Shown: positions 30,398 to 40,196 of the stretch, piece after piece | Layout: each line of letters begins with the position of its first letter | Numbering within the stretch: position 1 is the first letter of the stretch | From: an uncultured Methanosarcinaceae archaeon | Lineage (GTDB): Archaea; Halobacteriota; Methanosarcinia; Methanosarcinales; Methanosarcinaceae | Assembly: GCA_963847185.1 (NCBI GenBank) | Contig: CAWJYV010000007.1 | Span: 192,001-256,000 of the forward strand | Length of the DNA stretch: 64,000 bases | Direction of reading: 5' to 3' | The notes under the pieces: generated by a model | What the model saw: only the letters and a program-made list of their open reading frames with translations | Databases searched by the model: none | Told to the model about the DNA's origin: nothing | Program-made: the position numbers and the translations under genes

Positions 30398-32583
30398 AGG
30401 CTTACCCCCAGTTCTGTCAATAAAGTCTTTACAACAAAACCTGTAAGAAATGCAAATGGGAATATGAATCCTGAGATCATGAGAGCTGTTTTCAATCCTC
30501 TTTCCTTTACTGTCATCATGAATTGCGCAATACAGGGCATAAAAAGGGTAAGGGTGACTGCTGCAACTACAAGCTGTGCGCCTGTCAATAACCCTGAGTC
30601 ATACATTCCGTAAAGTCCGGCTGCTCCGAAGTCTCTCCTGAAGAAGCCGAATAGGAAAACATCAGCTGCCTCCGGAGGCAAGCCTATCCAGACTGAAGGG
30701 TATTCCATCACTTTCAGGGCAAGGGCAAAAAGACCTGTTAGTCTTCCTATCCATATCAGGACGCTCGCCAGGATAAACAAAGGCAGAACTTCCAGGAAGT
30801 ACCAGTGCATCCTTGAATAAGTTTTTACAAGTATGTTCGAGAGTTTTGGCATCCTGAGGGGAGGCATCTCAAGGATAAATGTAGGAGCTTTTCCTGGAAG
30901 GACTCTGGAAGCCAGGTAACCTATTAAGACAAACTCGAGCATTATAATGCCTGCCCAGACAAGCAGTCCCTTCGGGTTTCCTGAAAGGATTGAAAGAATG
31001 AGGCCTAACTGTGCGGAACAGGGAATTGCAAGTGCAAGCAGGATATTTGCAATAAGCCTTTCTCTTTTTGTTTCAAGGGTACGGGTGACCATAGTCGCCA
31101 TTGTGGAACAGCCAAACCCAAGTACCATGGGAATTACTGCTCTTCCGCTAAGCCCTATTTTTTTGAACATGCCGTCAAGCAGCAGGCTAAGCCTTGGAAG
31201 ATATCCGGTATCCTCTATAATGGAAAATACAAGGAAAAAGGCTCCGACTATCGGAAGTATAAGAGCAATTGCATATGTTACAGCCTGGGTAAAAATCCCG
31301 TATTCTCCTACGAAAAGATCCTGCAGAGCAGGGTAGGGTATAAGGGATGTAAATTCTGAGGTTACCAGGGGATTTATATGCTGTCCGAATACAGTATTTT
31401 CCAGAAAGTCTACAAGGGTCCCGGCTGCAAAGACGCCTACGAAAAGGTAGAGCCCGAGGTACAGGACCAGGAGCAGCACAGGTATTCCAAGCACAGGATG
31501 GATTAGAATATTATCTATCTTTTCCGAGAACATTATTTTTTTATTTTCCGTTTCTCTCTTCCCGGTTTTACCTGTTTTCTTTTTTGTTTCCTTCTCAGCT
31601 TTTTCCCATGAAGTACCAATTATTTCCTTTTCTATGCAGCTTTTTTCTTCAGGGGTTCCATTGAAGCTGTCAATGTTTTCTTTCTCTCTTCCAGGAACTT
31701 CCATTACCTGATTCACTATTTCGTTTACAGGTTCCTGGCGTCTCAGGGTTAACAGGTATGAGAGGGGAATACTGGCTTTTGTTGAAGCTGTTTCCACAAA
31801 TTTCTGGATTTCTTCATAATCTTGTTTGAGATTTTCGTTTTTATCATCCTGTTTTTTTTCGATTTTAAGTGCACATTCCTGAGCTGTCCTGTCCCCCTGA
31901 AGGAGAAGGAGTGCAACAGCTCTATTTGAGATTCCGACTCTTTCCAAAGATTCAAGCCGGTTTTCAATTTCTGAAAGGTATGGTTCAATTTCTGTTCCGT
32001 AGTCTATTTTTTGCGTATTTTCCGCAGGGATGAACTCCAAGATTGCAGATCTTAGCTCATCTACCCCTTTTCCTTCGCTTGAAATTGTTCCGACGACCGG
32101 GACTTCAAGGAGCCTGCTCAGTTTCTGAACATCTATTATTATTCCCCTTTCTTCAGCTTCGTCCATCATATTCAGGACGAGGATAAGGGGAAGCCCTGCT
32201 TCAAGGAGCTGCAGTGTAAAAGAAAGCATGCGCCTTAGGTTACGGGCATCCACCACATGGAGGCAAACCAGGTTTTTTTCATCAAAGAGCAGACGCTGAG
32301 ATACCCTTTCTTCTTCACTTACAGGGAGAAGAGAGTACATTCCTGGAGTGTCAATGATTTCATATTCTCTCTCTCCTATCTTTCCTTTTCCACGGCTGAT
32401 CTCTACAGAAGTTCCTGGATAATTGGAAACTACAGTGTAGTTTCCGGATAGGACATTAAAGAGGCTGCTTTTTCCCACGTTTGGATTTCCAACAAGTACA
32501 ATTTTCGGAAGCCCTTTTCCCGGGTTGCAGTCTCTTTTTCCGCGGCAACATTCCCCTTTAGGACAGATGAATGGTAATTTCAT
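30394..32583 (-). CDS. feoB: Ferrous iron transport protein B
   Basis: GNPNVGKS, NYPGTSV, DTPG, NMMDE, EDTGYL, GFGC, PCSAQ, PCIAQ. Start set at MKLPF (32583) because the longer start lies inside the operator region. Confidence 0.95.
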   Translation of the reverse strand: MKLPFICPKGECCRGKRDCNPGKGLPKIVLVGNPNVGKSSLFNVLSGNYTVVSNYPGTSVEISRGKGKIGEREYEIIDTPGMYSLLPVSEEERVSQRLLFDEKNLVCLHVVDARNLRRMLSFTLQLLEAGLPLILVLNMMDEAEERGIIIDVQKLSRLLEVPVVGTISSEGKGVDELRSAILEFIPAENTQKIDYGTEIEPYLSEIENRLESLERVGISNRAVALLLLQGDRTAQECALKIEKKQDDKNENLKQDYEEIQKFVETASTKASIPLSYLLTLRRQEPVNEIVNQVMEVPGREKENIDSFNGTPEEKSCIEKEIIGTSWEKAEKETKKKTGKTGKRETENKKIMFSEKIDNILIHPVLGIPVLLLVLYLGLYLFVGVFAAGTLVDFLENTVFGQHINPLVTSEFTSLIPYPALQDLFVGEYGIFTQAVTYAIALILPIVGAFFLVFSIIEDTGYLPRLSLLLDGMFKKIGLSGRAVIPMVLGFGCSTMATMVTRTLETKRERLIANILLALAIPCSAQLGLILSILSGNPKGLLVWAGIIMLEFVLIGYLASRVLPGKAPTFILEMPPLRMPKLSNILVKTYSRMHWYFLEVLPLFILASVLIWIGRLTGLFALALKVMEYPSVWIGLPPEAADVFLFGFFRRDFGAAGLYGMYDSGLLTGAQLVVAAVTLTLFMPCIAQFMMTVKERGLKTALMISGFIFPFAFLTGFVVKTLLTELGVSL

Positions 32584-32599
32584 ATTTCTACTCTCATTT

Positions 32600-32653
32600 T
32601 TAGGTAAGCCTAATTTTCTCCTTTTTTCATATTTAGGCAAACCTAATATTTAA
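32600..32653 (-). promoter_or_regulatory. feo promoter: TATA box (TTAAATA, 32647-32653) followed by two DtxR/IdeR-type palindromes
   Basis: TTAGGTAAGCCTAA (32600-32613) and TTAGGCAAACCTAA (32633-32646), both TTAGG-N4-CCTAA, 33 bp apart. Confidence 0.78.
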
Positions 32654-32841
32654 GGTTAACGCAGTTAACGCTGTTAATTCCGCAGTCACACTCTCTCACA
32701 GTCTCGATTCTTTAATGAAACAATCTCAAAATTAGACCACTGAAAAATAGAGTTGAACTTTATTTAAGCAGCCAATAATCCTGTTGGCAATAATTTCCTG
32801 CCTCAAAAGTCCGCAAATTTCCTTTTGAACCAACAGGCTGC

Positions 32842-33633
32842 TTACTTAGCTTTAATTTCGCTGCTCATATCTTTGTAATATTTGAATAGCTCTTCTCCCC
32901 ACTTTATTGCTTCCTTATCAAAGCTTATTATATACTGCCGGTCAAACCTGCCGCTCTCACTAAAAAGCCCCAGGGTTACCATCCTGTCAGTTGAAGCAAT
33001 AAGTGCAGGAATCTCCACACCTTTCCTGTTAAAGATTAAAAGGCTGGTATTTCCCATTTTGAGGAATTCTTCTCCTTCTTTTTTGAAATCCTCTCTAAGT
33101 CGCAGGTAAACAGTTTCGTTTAATATAATTGAAACCTCAATTCCCTTTTTAGCCAGATCCAGAAAAAAAACCGGAAATTGAGGATGAAAATAGGAAAAGA
33201 ACAGATGGATGCGGTTTGAGTCTGAGAGATACTTAACAAATTCAGGGTGCAGATCAAAAGTATGGCTCAGGTCCGGTTCTATAAGGCTGTAATCTCCAAG
33301 CTCATTGATCCTTTTAATAAGATGAGGAGGAATGGGAGCAAGTTTTCTATCTGCCCAGAAGTCTTCATCTTTCTCAAAAACTTCAAGAGTCTTAAGAAGA
33401 GGTTGCATTTTTTCTACAATAATTTCTCCTACTATACTTAGCCTGTAAACTCCTTCTTTCTGTATTACAAGGTTTTCTTCTTTGAGCTTCTTTATCTGCG
33501 GAAGGAGGGCGGTTCTGGGAACTTGAAGTTCATCAAGTGCTTCTTCAATATTCTTGGGACCTTCTTTCAGGAGCAGGAGAAAATCTTTTCTCTTCTCAGA
33601 AAATAGGATAAGATCAAGCAAGCCGGGGTTCAT
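32842..33633 (-). CDS. Winged-HTH transcriptional regulator (ArsR-like + DUF1724-type domain)
   Basis: SEKRKDFLLLLKEGPK, ALLPQIKKL, AIKWGEELFKYY typical of this Methanosarcinales family. Confidence 0.85.
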   Translation of the reverse strand: MNPGLLDLILFSEKRKDFLLLLKEGPKNIEEALDELQVPRTALLPQIKKLKEENLVIQKEGVYRLSIVGEIIVEKMQPLLKTLEVFEKDEDFWADRKLAPIPPHLIKRINELGDYSLIEPDLSHTFDLHPEFVKYLSDSNRIHLFFSYFHPQFPVFFLDLAKKGIEVSIILNETVYLRLREDFKKEGEEFLKMGNTSLLIFNRKGVEIPALIASTDRMVTLGLFSESGRFDRQYIISFDKEAIKWGEELFKYYKDMSSEIKAK

Positions 33634-33887
33634 TTTACAGTCACCTTCCGGAATTTGTGAAATCTAATTTTGTTTTCCGCTTTCGCTTTTTTCTTTCTTC
33701 GTGATGACTTCCGAATTCCTTATAAAGATGTCGAAATTGTTTGATAACTTAGTCCGCTCCTTATTAAATTGAGCAGAATTCAAAATTTAATGATTATGTA
33801 AAATCCGGATCTCTTCCTAATTGCAATAAATCAAAGAAACGGTAGTGGAAAGCTTGCCATAAGTCTGAAAACGAAGGTTTTCTAAAG

Positions 33888-34006
33888 AGAAGATAAAAGA
33901 TGATAAGAGACGATAAAAACAATAAGAAATGTCATAGATGATAAGAGATGATAAGAGATGACAAGAGAAATAAGAGATACCAGAGAAGACAGGAGCCGAT
34001 AAGAGA
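33888..34006. repeat. Degenerate ~10-bp tandem repeat (GATAAGAGAT-like)
   Basis: Multiple gataagaga/gacaagaga/gataaaaga units. Confidence 0.65.
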
Positions 34007-34074
34007 GGACTAATCTATTGTTTTTCATCTTAGGAAAATTAGATATAGATGCTAATTAAAAAGAGGGGAATCTG

Positions 34075-34142
34075 CTTTAAGGAGGAACCTTCTTTAAGGA
34101 GGAACCTGCTTTAAGGAGGAACCTGCTTTAAGGAGGAACCTG
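34075..34142. repeat. 17-bp tandem repeat CTTTAAGGAGGAACCTG x4
   Basis: Units at 34075, 34092, 34109, 34126; one mismatch in the first; no spacers. Confidence 0.9.
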
Positions 34143-34351
34143 TTTCAATGATAAAAGCTTCCAGAAGGGGGCAATTTTTCCCTGTTAGTTCTATAATTTT
34201 TTTAACAGATCATAATACAGATAATTATAATAAAAGTGATATTACTAATAATACAAATATTTCCAATACAAATATTTCCCTTATTAGTGGAATGCAAATA
34301 TTTCCTTTATTGGTAGTGTAAATTTGCTAATCATAAGTGTGAGGAAGGGTA

Positions 34352-34612
34352 ATGGATAAAGAAAAATTATATCAGTTGAAATCCGAAGCAAACCAGCTAA
34401 CTCCTATTCTTAATATCGGAAAAAATGGAATAACCGATACCTTGATCGAAGAACTCAGTAAACAAATAAAAGCCAACAGGCTTGTAAAGGTAAGGGTTCT
34501 GAAAAGTGCTGAAGAAGGAAAGGATCTGAAGACTCTTGCAGAAGAAATTGCAAATGCTACAAGATCCACATTAATAGAAGTGCGTGGAAGGACAGTAGTA
34601 TTGTACAGGTAA
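34352..34612 (+). CDS. YhbY/CRM-domain RNA-binding protein
   Basis: PILNIGKNGIT, LVKVRVL, VRGRTVVLYR. Confidence 0.9.
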   Translation: MDKEKLYQLKSEANQLTPILNIGKNGITDTLIEELSKQIKANRLVKVRVLKSAEEGKDLKTLAEEIANATRSTLIEVRGRTVVLYR

Positions 34613-35090
34613 ATTATTCCCTTGATCGGGTCTATGTCATTGTTTTTACTTATTAGCCAGCCTTTGAGAATGAAAGCCCTGACTTTTACTTAAAAAGAAC
34701 AATTTTCTGTCTCTTAAAATAAAGAATAAAGTTTTTCTGTAGAATTACCTATAGGTTAAGACCCATAAATAAGGGTCTGCCTTCAATACAACATTATTAT
34801 ATATCTCGTAGATATTGTGTAGATTGTTTGTGTTACAGGAGTAACTTTAGTCGTAAAAATTTGTTTCATATAAATTACAGATACTTCATTATTTCACTAT
34901 TTCAGGTTAATTCCCCCATGGCCTGTATAAAATTGACTGATTTACAAAAATTAACGAATTAGTTGACTTATCACACATGTACCTAATATGCCTGGAAATT
35001 CCTTGAAACGGTTGAGCTGGGGTATTTCTGCTTTCCTTTTGCCTTCTATACAGTGGGGCAGAGCCAACCCTATCCCCCGGAGAGATTGCT

Positions 35091-37868
35091 ATGCTTGAAG
35101 ATGAATATCAACTTGATTTTTTCAAAAATAACGGCTTTGTCCGAAAGCAGTGCCAGAAATGTGGCAAGTTCTTCTGGACACGTGACCTTGATAGAACTAC
35201 ATGCGGAGATGCACCCTGTGACCCCTATACCTTTATAGGGAGCCCGGTCTTTTCCAGAGAATTCGATATCTCACAGATGCGTGAGTATTACCTCTCTTTC
35301 TTTGAAGCGAGAGGGCACACAAGGATTGACCGCTATCCTGTAGTTGCCCGCTGGAGGGATGACCTTTATCTTACCATTGCATCCATTGCAGACTTCCAGC
35401 CCTTCGTGACATCCGGCCAGGTTCCTCCCCCTGCAAATCCCCTCACAATTTCCCAGCCCTGTATTCGCCTGAACGATCTGGACTCGGTAGGCAGGAGCGG
35501 GCGCCATCTTACAACCTTTGAGATGATGGCGCATCACGCCTTTAATAAAAGGGATCATGAGATCTACTGGAAGGAACATACCCTGGAACTCTGTGACGAG
35601 CTCCTGAACTCACTTAAGCTAGATCCCCTTGCAGTCAGTTACAAGGAAGAACCCTGGGCAGGCGGAGGTAATGCAGGACCCTGTGTGGAGGTTCTGGTGC
35701 ACGGGCTAGAGCTTGCAACCCTTGTCTTCATGGATCTGAAGACCGACAAAAAGGGAGAGATCCTGATAAAAGGCGAGAAGTACTCCAAGATGGACAACTA
35801 CATCGTGGACACCGGATATGGTCTTGAGCGTTTTACCTGGGCTTCAAAGGGCTCCCCTACAATCTATGATGCCCTCTTCCCTGGCATAGTAAATGAGCTC
35901 ATGGGACTTGCCGGAATTGAACATGAACTTGATAACTCCGAGTATGCGAACATCCTGGCCCAGAACGCAAAGCTTGCCGGATTTATGGATGTCAGCGAGA
36001 AGGCAAACCTGATGGAGCTGAGGAAAAAGGTTGCTTCAAGCATCGGAATGACAGTGGATAAGCTCTCGGCAATCATGGAACCCGTAGAAAAAGTCTATGC
36101 TATCACTGACCACACCCGCTGTCTGACTTTCATGCTTGGAGATGGAATTATTCCCTCCAATGTCAAAGCAGGATACCTTGCTCGCCTTGTCCTCAGGAGA
36201 ACTTTACGGATGATGGGTGATCTTGATATCAGAATTCCCCTCTCAGAAATTGTGGACATGCACATAAAGAACATGCCCGAGTATCCCGATTTCAGGGAAA
36301 ACTTCTCTGTCATACAGGATATTCTGGAGTCTGAAGAAGAGAAATTCAATGCCACCATGGAAAGGGGACGAAGGATTATTCAGAAATCAGCTTCTCATTT
36401 TAAGAAGAGCGGGGAAAAAATTCCTCTGTCCCAGTTAACCGAACTCTATGATTCCCACGGAATCCCACCAGAGATGGCAAAGGAAGTAGCTTCTGAAATC
36501 GGGGTTGGCGTTGAATTCCCTGACAATTTCTATTCAATTGTTGGTGAGATGCATAATAAGGCAGAAGAAAAAGAAGCAGTAGTTATTCCTTTTGCCGAGC
36601 GGCTCAAACACCTTCCAAAAACAAAGCGCCGCTTCTATGACGAACCCACCAGGCTGGAATTCGAAGCTGTCGCTCTGGATGTCTTTGATAACCATATAGT
36701 GCTTGACAACACTTTCTTCTATGCCGAAGGTGGAGGGCAGCCTGCAGACGTCGGAACAATCACAGCTGGCTATGCTATTTACAGGGTAGTTGATGTCCAG
36801 GTCTATGACGGTGTAATCGTACATACGGTAGCAAATCCGGATGGAGACCTTGAAATCACTAAAGGCGACATTGTCACAGGGAAGGTAGATGAAGAGCGCA
36901 GGATGTCCCTTGCCAGACACCACACAGCAACTCATATCGTAAACGATGCAGCCAGAAAAGTTCTGGGAAAACATATCTGGCAGGCTGGTGCCCAGAAATT
37001 TGAGGATCATTCGAGACTTGACCTTTCTCACTACAAGCATATCTCCCCTGAAGAAATTAGACAAATCGAGATTCTGGCCAACCGTACGGTTATGGAAAAC
37101 AAGCGTGTAGTAACAGAATGGATGCCGAGAACTGAAGCCGAGCAGGAATACGGATTTGGGCTCTATCAGGGTGGAGTGCCTCCAGGAGACATGATCAGGA
37201 TTGTAAAGGTTGGAGACGATGTCGAAGCCTGTGGGGGTACTCACTGTGTTAGCACGGGAATTATCGGTCCTATTAAAATTCTGAAAACCGAAAGGATCCA
37301 GGACGGCGTGGAAAGAGTAGAATTTGCGGCCGGTATTGCAGCTGTCCGTGCAATTCAAAAGATGGAGTCTCTTCTTTCCGATTCTGCAAAGATTCTGAGT
37401 GTACCTCCGGACCATCTTCCCCCAAGTGTCGATCGTTTCTTTGGGGAATGGAAAGACCTCAAAAAAGAAAACGAGAGGCTCAAGGAAGAACTTGCAGGTT
37501 CCAGAGTTTACAGGCTGCTTGGAGAAGCTTCCGAGTTTTCCGGTCTCAAGATTGTTTCACAATTTATTCCTGGGGCTGATTCCCTTGAGCTTCAGAAAAT
37601 AGCCACTGAATTTCTGAAACACGAAGAAATCGTAGCCCTTCTTGCAAGTGATTTTGAAGGAGTTAAGATTGTAACCGCTGTTGGCGATAAAGCCATAAAA
37701 TGCGGGGTCAACGCCGGAAATCTTGTCCGTGAGATGTCAAAGATTGTCAGCGGAGGCGGCGGGGGAAAACCTGCCCTTGCAATGGGTGGCGGAACTGATC
37801 CCACCAGAATTCAGGATGCTCTTGCCCATGGCCTTAAGCTCGTAAATGAGATGTGCAAGAAAGCCTGA
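35091..37868 (+). CDS. alaS: Alanine--tRNA ligase
   Basis: QPCIRLND, RHLTTFEMM, DTGYGLER, YDSHG, HHTATH and CGGTH editing motifs, GGGGG DHHA1. Confidence 0.98.
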   Translation: MLEDEYQLDFFKNNGFVRKQCQKCGKFFWTRDLDRTTCGDAPCDPYTFIGSPVFSREFDISQMREYYLSFFEARGHTRIDRYPVVARWRDDLYLTIASIADFQPFVTSGQVPPPANPLTISQPCIRLNDLDSVGRSGRHLTTFEMMAHHAFNKRDHEIYWKEHTLELCDELLNSLKLDPLAVSYKEEPWAGGGNAGPCVEVLVHGLELATLVFMDLKTDKKGEILIKGEKYSKMDNYIVDTGYGLERFTWASKGSPTIYDALFPGIVNELMGLAGIEHELDNSEYANILAQNAKLAGFMDVSEKANLMELRKKVASSIGMTVDKLSAIMEPVEKVYAITDHTRCLTFMLGDGIIPSNVKAGYLARLVLRRTLRMMGDLDIRIPLSEIVDMHIKNMPEYPDFRENFSVIQDILESEEEKFNATMERGRRIIQKSASHFKKSGEKIPLSQLTELYDSHGIPPEMAKEVASEIGVGVEFPDNFYSIVGEMHNKAEEKEAVVIPFAERLKHLPKTKRRFYDEPTRLEFEAVALDVFDNHIVLDNTFFYAEGGGQPADVGTITAGYAIYRVVDVQVYDGVIVHTVANPDGDLEITKGDIVTGKVDEERRMSLARHHTATHIVNDAARKVLGKHIWQAGAQKFEDHSRLDLSHYKHISPEEIRQIEILANRTVMENKRVVTEWMPRTEAEQEYGFGLYQGGVPPGDMIRIVKVGDDVEACGGTHCVSTGIIGPIKILKTERIQDGVERVEFAAGIAAVRAIQKMESLLSDSAKILSVPPDHLPPSVDRFFGEWKDLKKENERLKEELAGSRVYRLLGEASEFSGLKIVSQFIPGADSLELQKIATEFLKHEEIVALLASDFEGVKIVTAVGDKAIKCGVNAGNLVREMSKIVSGGGGGKPALAMGGGTDPTRIQDALAHGLKLVNEMCKKA

Positions 37869-37957
37869 TAAATCAAATACTCGAAATAAACTGACGAAAT
37901 AATGAAATAAATTGAAGAAATAATCAATATAAACCGAAGAAATAATCAAAATAAATG

Positions 37958-37993
37958 CCGGGTTTTTAAACCCCGGTTTTTATTTTATTTTTT
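37958..37993 (+). terminator. Hairpin plus T-rich tract after alaS
   Basis: CCGGG...CCCGG stem followed by long T runs between convergent genes. Confidence 0.55.
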
Positions 37994-38105
37994 TGGCTTT
38001 CTTAACTCTAAATTTAGCAATCAACTGTTTTCTACTTTGCTTTCTTACTTTCAGATTTTTCCAACCAATTGCTTTTAAGCCGTTAGCTTTTCAGTCGTCA
38101 GCATT

Positions 38106-39146
38106 TCAGTCGTTAAAAAATACTTCACAGAGAATTGCAGTGTTATTTTTTACGAAAAGGTGTACCGTCTTTTTTCCTTCAAGCCCTTTTTCAACCTCGT
38201 TTCGGACTTCCCAATATTCTTCGGGTTTTACGCCTGCCCTGAGTACAACACTCCCGACATTTTTATCTTTCAGGAATTTGTTGATCTCCCCTGGTTCAAA
38301 AGGACAGACTTTGAGGACCAGATAATGTTGTTTAATCATTGATTGTTTTATTAGAGCATCCGAGGTCAGTAAAACTCTCTTTTTGTCAACTTTGAAAAGT
38401 TCGAAGGCTCCCATAATCGGCCCTGCCATTTGTTTCATAGATTCTACAAGTTCAGGCAGTAGTTCTGCTGCAACTACTGAGGGTTCAGGCTCATAGGCGA
38501 AAAGTTTTATTTTCTCGGTTTCTCTGGGCTGGGGAAGCAGTATATCCTTTGAAACCAGTCCTTCGCCTGCAGGAAGCGCCACAGCAATTCGCTCATATTG
38601 CTTCAGCCAGCCGAAGTAAAGGGTCAGGCGGTTGAGCTGGCCATCCAGGGAAATGTACTCTTTTTCGCAGTTAAAAGGAATTCTTTCAGGCGGCATCTGA
38701 GGAGGAGCTTCAAAGGCAAAATTTTTCGTCTTATCCCCGTATGCCGAAAGTACATTAGGAATCCCTGGCTCAAGGCAAGAGACCTGTCTTTCTTTTTCTT
38801 CAGCCGGGCGGAAAGGATCCGAAAATACTACATCAACTGCCGGAATTTGCTCTATTACTTTTGGATCAAGGGCGTCCCCACAAATGAATTTCACATTTTC
38901 AAGCCCGTACATCTCACAGTTTTGCTTGGCATACTCGATTTTCTTGGGGTCGATTTCCACTGCATAAACGAACTCACACTGCTGTGCAAAAAAGACAGTC
39001 TGCCCCCCTATTCCACAGCTGATGTCAGCCAGAGTCTTACATCTCAGGCGATCTGCTCTATATCGAGCAATAGGTTCAGGGGTTGCAAAACGCAGGCTTT
39101 CCTTATCCCCGTGCAGGGGCTTCTCAAATTGTTTTCTCCGTGCCAC
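38106..39146 (-). CDS. SAM-dependent methyltransferase (probable RNA MTase, THUMP-like C-terminus)
   Basis: FATPEPIA, ADISCGIGG, VEIDP, GDAL, FSDPFR. Confidence 0.8.
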   Translation of the reverse strand: MARRKQFEKPLHGDKESLRFATPEPIARYRADRLRCKTLADISCGIGGQTVFFAQQCEFVYAVEIDPKKIEYAKQNCEMYGLENVKFICGDALDPKVIEQIPAVDVVFSDPFRPAEEKERQVSCLEPGIPNVLSAYGDKTKNFAFEAPPQMPPERIPFNCEKEYISLDGQLNRLTLYFGWLKQYERIAVALPAGEGLVSKDILLPQPRETEKIKLFAYEPEPSVVAAELLPELVESMKQMAGPIMGAFELFKVDKKRVLLTSDALIKQSMIKQHYLVLKVCPFEPGEINKFLKDKNVGSVVLRAGVKPEEYWEVRNEVEKGLEGKKTVHLFVKNNTAILCEVFFND

Positions 39147-39289
39147 TTCAATCAGGAAATAGTAGATAGTTTATGGGATTTAAAGGCAACTGAAAAAGAA
39201 GATTACATAGCTTTCTGAGTTTAATCCCTGTTATGGTAGAGTTCAAAAATTAAAAATAGAATAATGGCTCAGAGCCGGAAACATTAATT

Positions 39290-39592
39290 TTATTTTTTCC
39301 ATTTCTCTATTTGTTCTTCACGCCACCTCTCGATTGCTTTCCAGATAGGCAAAGGATCAATGCCATGAACTTTAATATATTCCTCTCGCATATACTCGTT
39401 CATATTGCCATCTACAAAGCGTAATGTAGCCTGGTCTGCCATCAGTCTTGCTCCTGTCGGTACTGCTGCAGGATTTAAGCAAACTTCTGCACAGTAGCGC
39501 CATTCCTCTCCATCGCCTATTGATTCTATTCTGAACGGTTTTCCACAGTTTGGACAGACTCCAATCATCGTCTGATCATCTTTCTTGTCCAT
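39290..39592 (-). CDS. Hypothetical protein with CPNC motif
   Basis: 100 aa, GAGGGGGG SD, plausible codon usage. Confidence 0.7.
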   Translation of the reverse strand: MDKKDDQTMIGVCPNCGKPFRIESIGDGEEWRYCAEVCLNPAAVPTGARLMADQATLRFVDGNMNEYMREEYIKVHGIDPLPIWKAIERWREEQIEKWKK

Positions 39593-39725
39593 AATTTCCC
39601 CCCTCTGGCTGAAAAAATGCCATTCATTTAAGTATTGAATATTCAGTATTGTATTACAATATTTATATTCATTTTTGCATATTATTTTTTATATGTCCTT
39701 TTTGCCCATAATCTAAATCCTTGTT

Positions 39726-40031
39726 TTAAAGAATCTCCACTTCCTGAATTGTCATAAGTTCTTTTCCTACAATTTCTCGCAGTTGTGGAACAAGAGATCT
39801 TATTTTTTCTTCGCTATCCACGGCTTCTACAATTACAGGAAGCTCGCTACTTAATTCCAGAATTTTCAAGGTATGAATCTTTCCGTTTTTTCCGTACCCT
39901 TCGATTCCTCTGAGCAGGGTTGCGCCCCTTATGCCGGAATCACGCAAAAGTTCGAGAATTGCTTCATGAGCAGACTTTCCTTGGTAGGTTGCGTTTTGTT
40001 TCAGGTAGATGCGGAGAAGTGCAGATGGCAT
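39726..40031 (-). CDS. DUF190 (PII-like) protein
   Basis: LLRIY, GIRGATLLRGIEGYG, ELSSELPVIVEAVD. Confidence 0.88.
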   Translation of the reverse strand: MPSALLRIYLKQNATYQGKSAHEAILELLRDSGIRGATLLRGIEGYGKNGKIHTLKILELSSELPVIVEAVDSEEKIRSLVPQLREIVGKELMTIQEVEIL

Positions 40032-40196
40032 GATTAAACCTCAAATGTGAGTTTCTTGAAAAACTAATTTTCTTTTTATTCTCCAATAAAGGGTGCAAAT
40101 TTGATCAAAAATGGGGTCTGAGTTTACAAAAATGAGCTGGAAAATCTCAACTATTTTATGTGAGTGAGAAAAGAAAATAATGAAGGGAGGAGTGAA

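Noticed and set aside
32584-32640. Longer feoB N-terminus from the ORF track
   Set aside because: Overlaps the operator palindromes next to the TATA box, so it is probably untranslated.
34075-34142. CRISPR array
   Set aside because: 17-bp units are head-to-tail with no spacers; no cas genes.
36534-37415. Long antisense ORFs (293 aa here; also 17023-17652, 21759-22355, 28816-29391, 38598-39218, 55318-55887)
   Set aside because: Shadow frames of well-supported genes with no motifs of their own.
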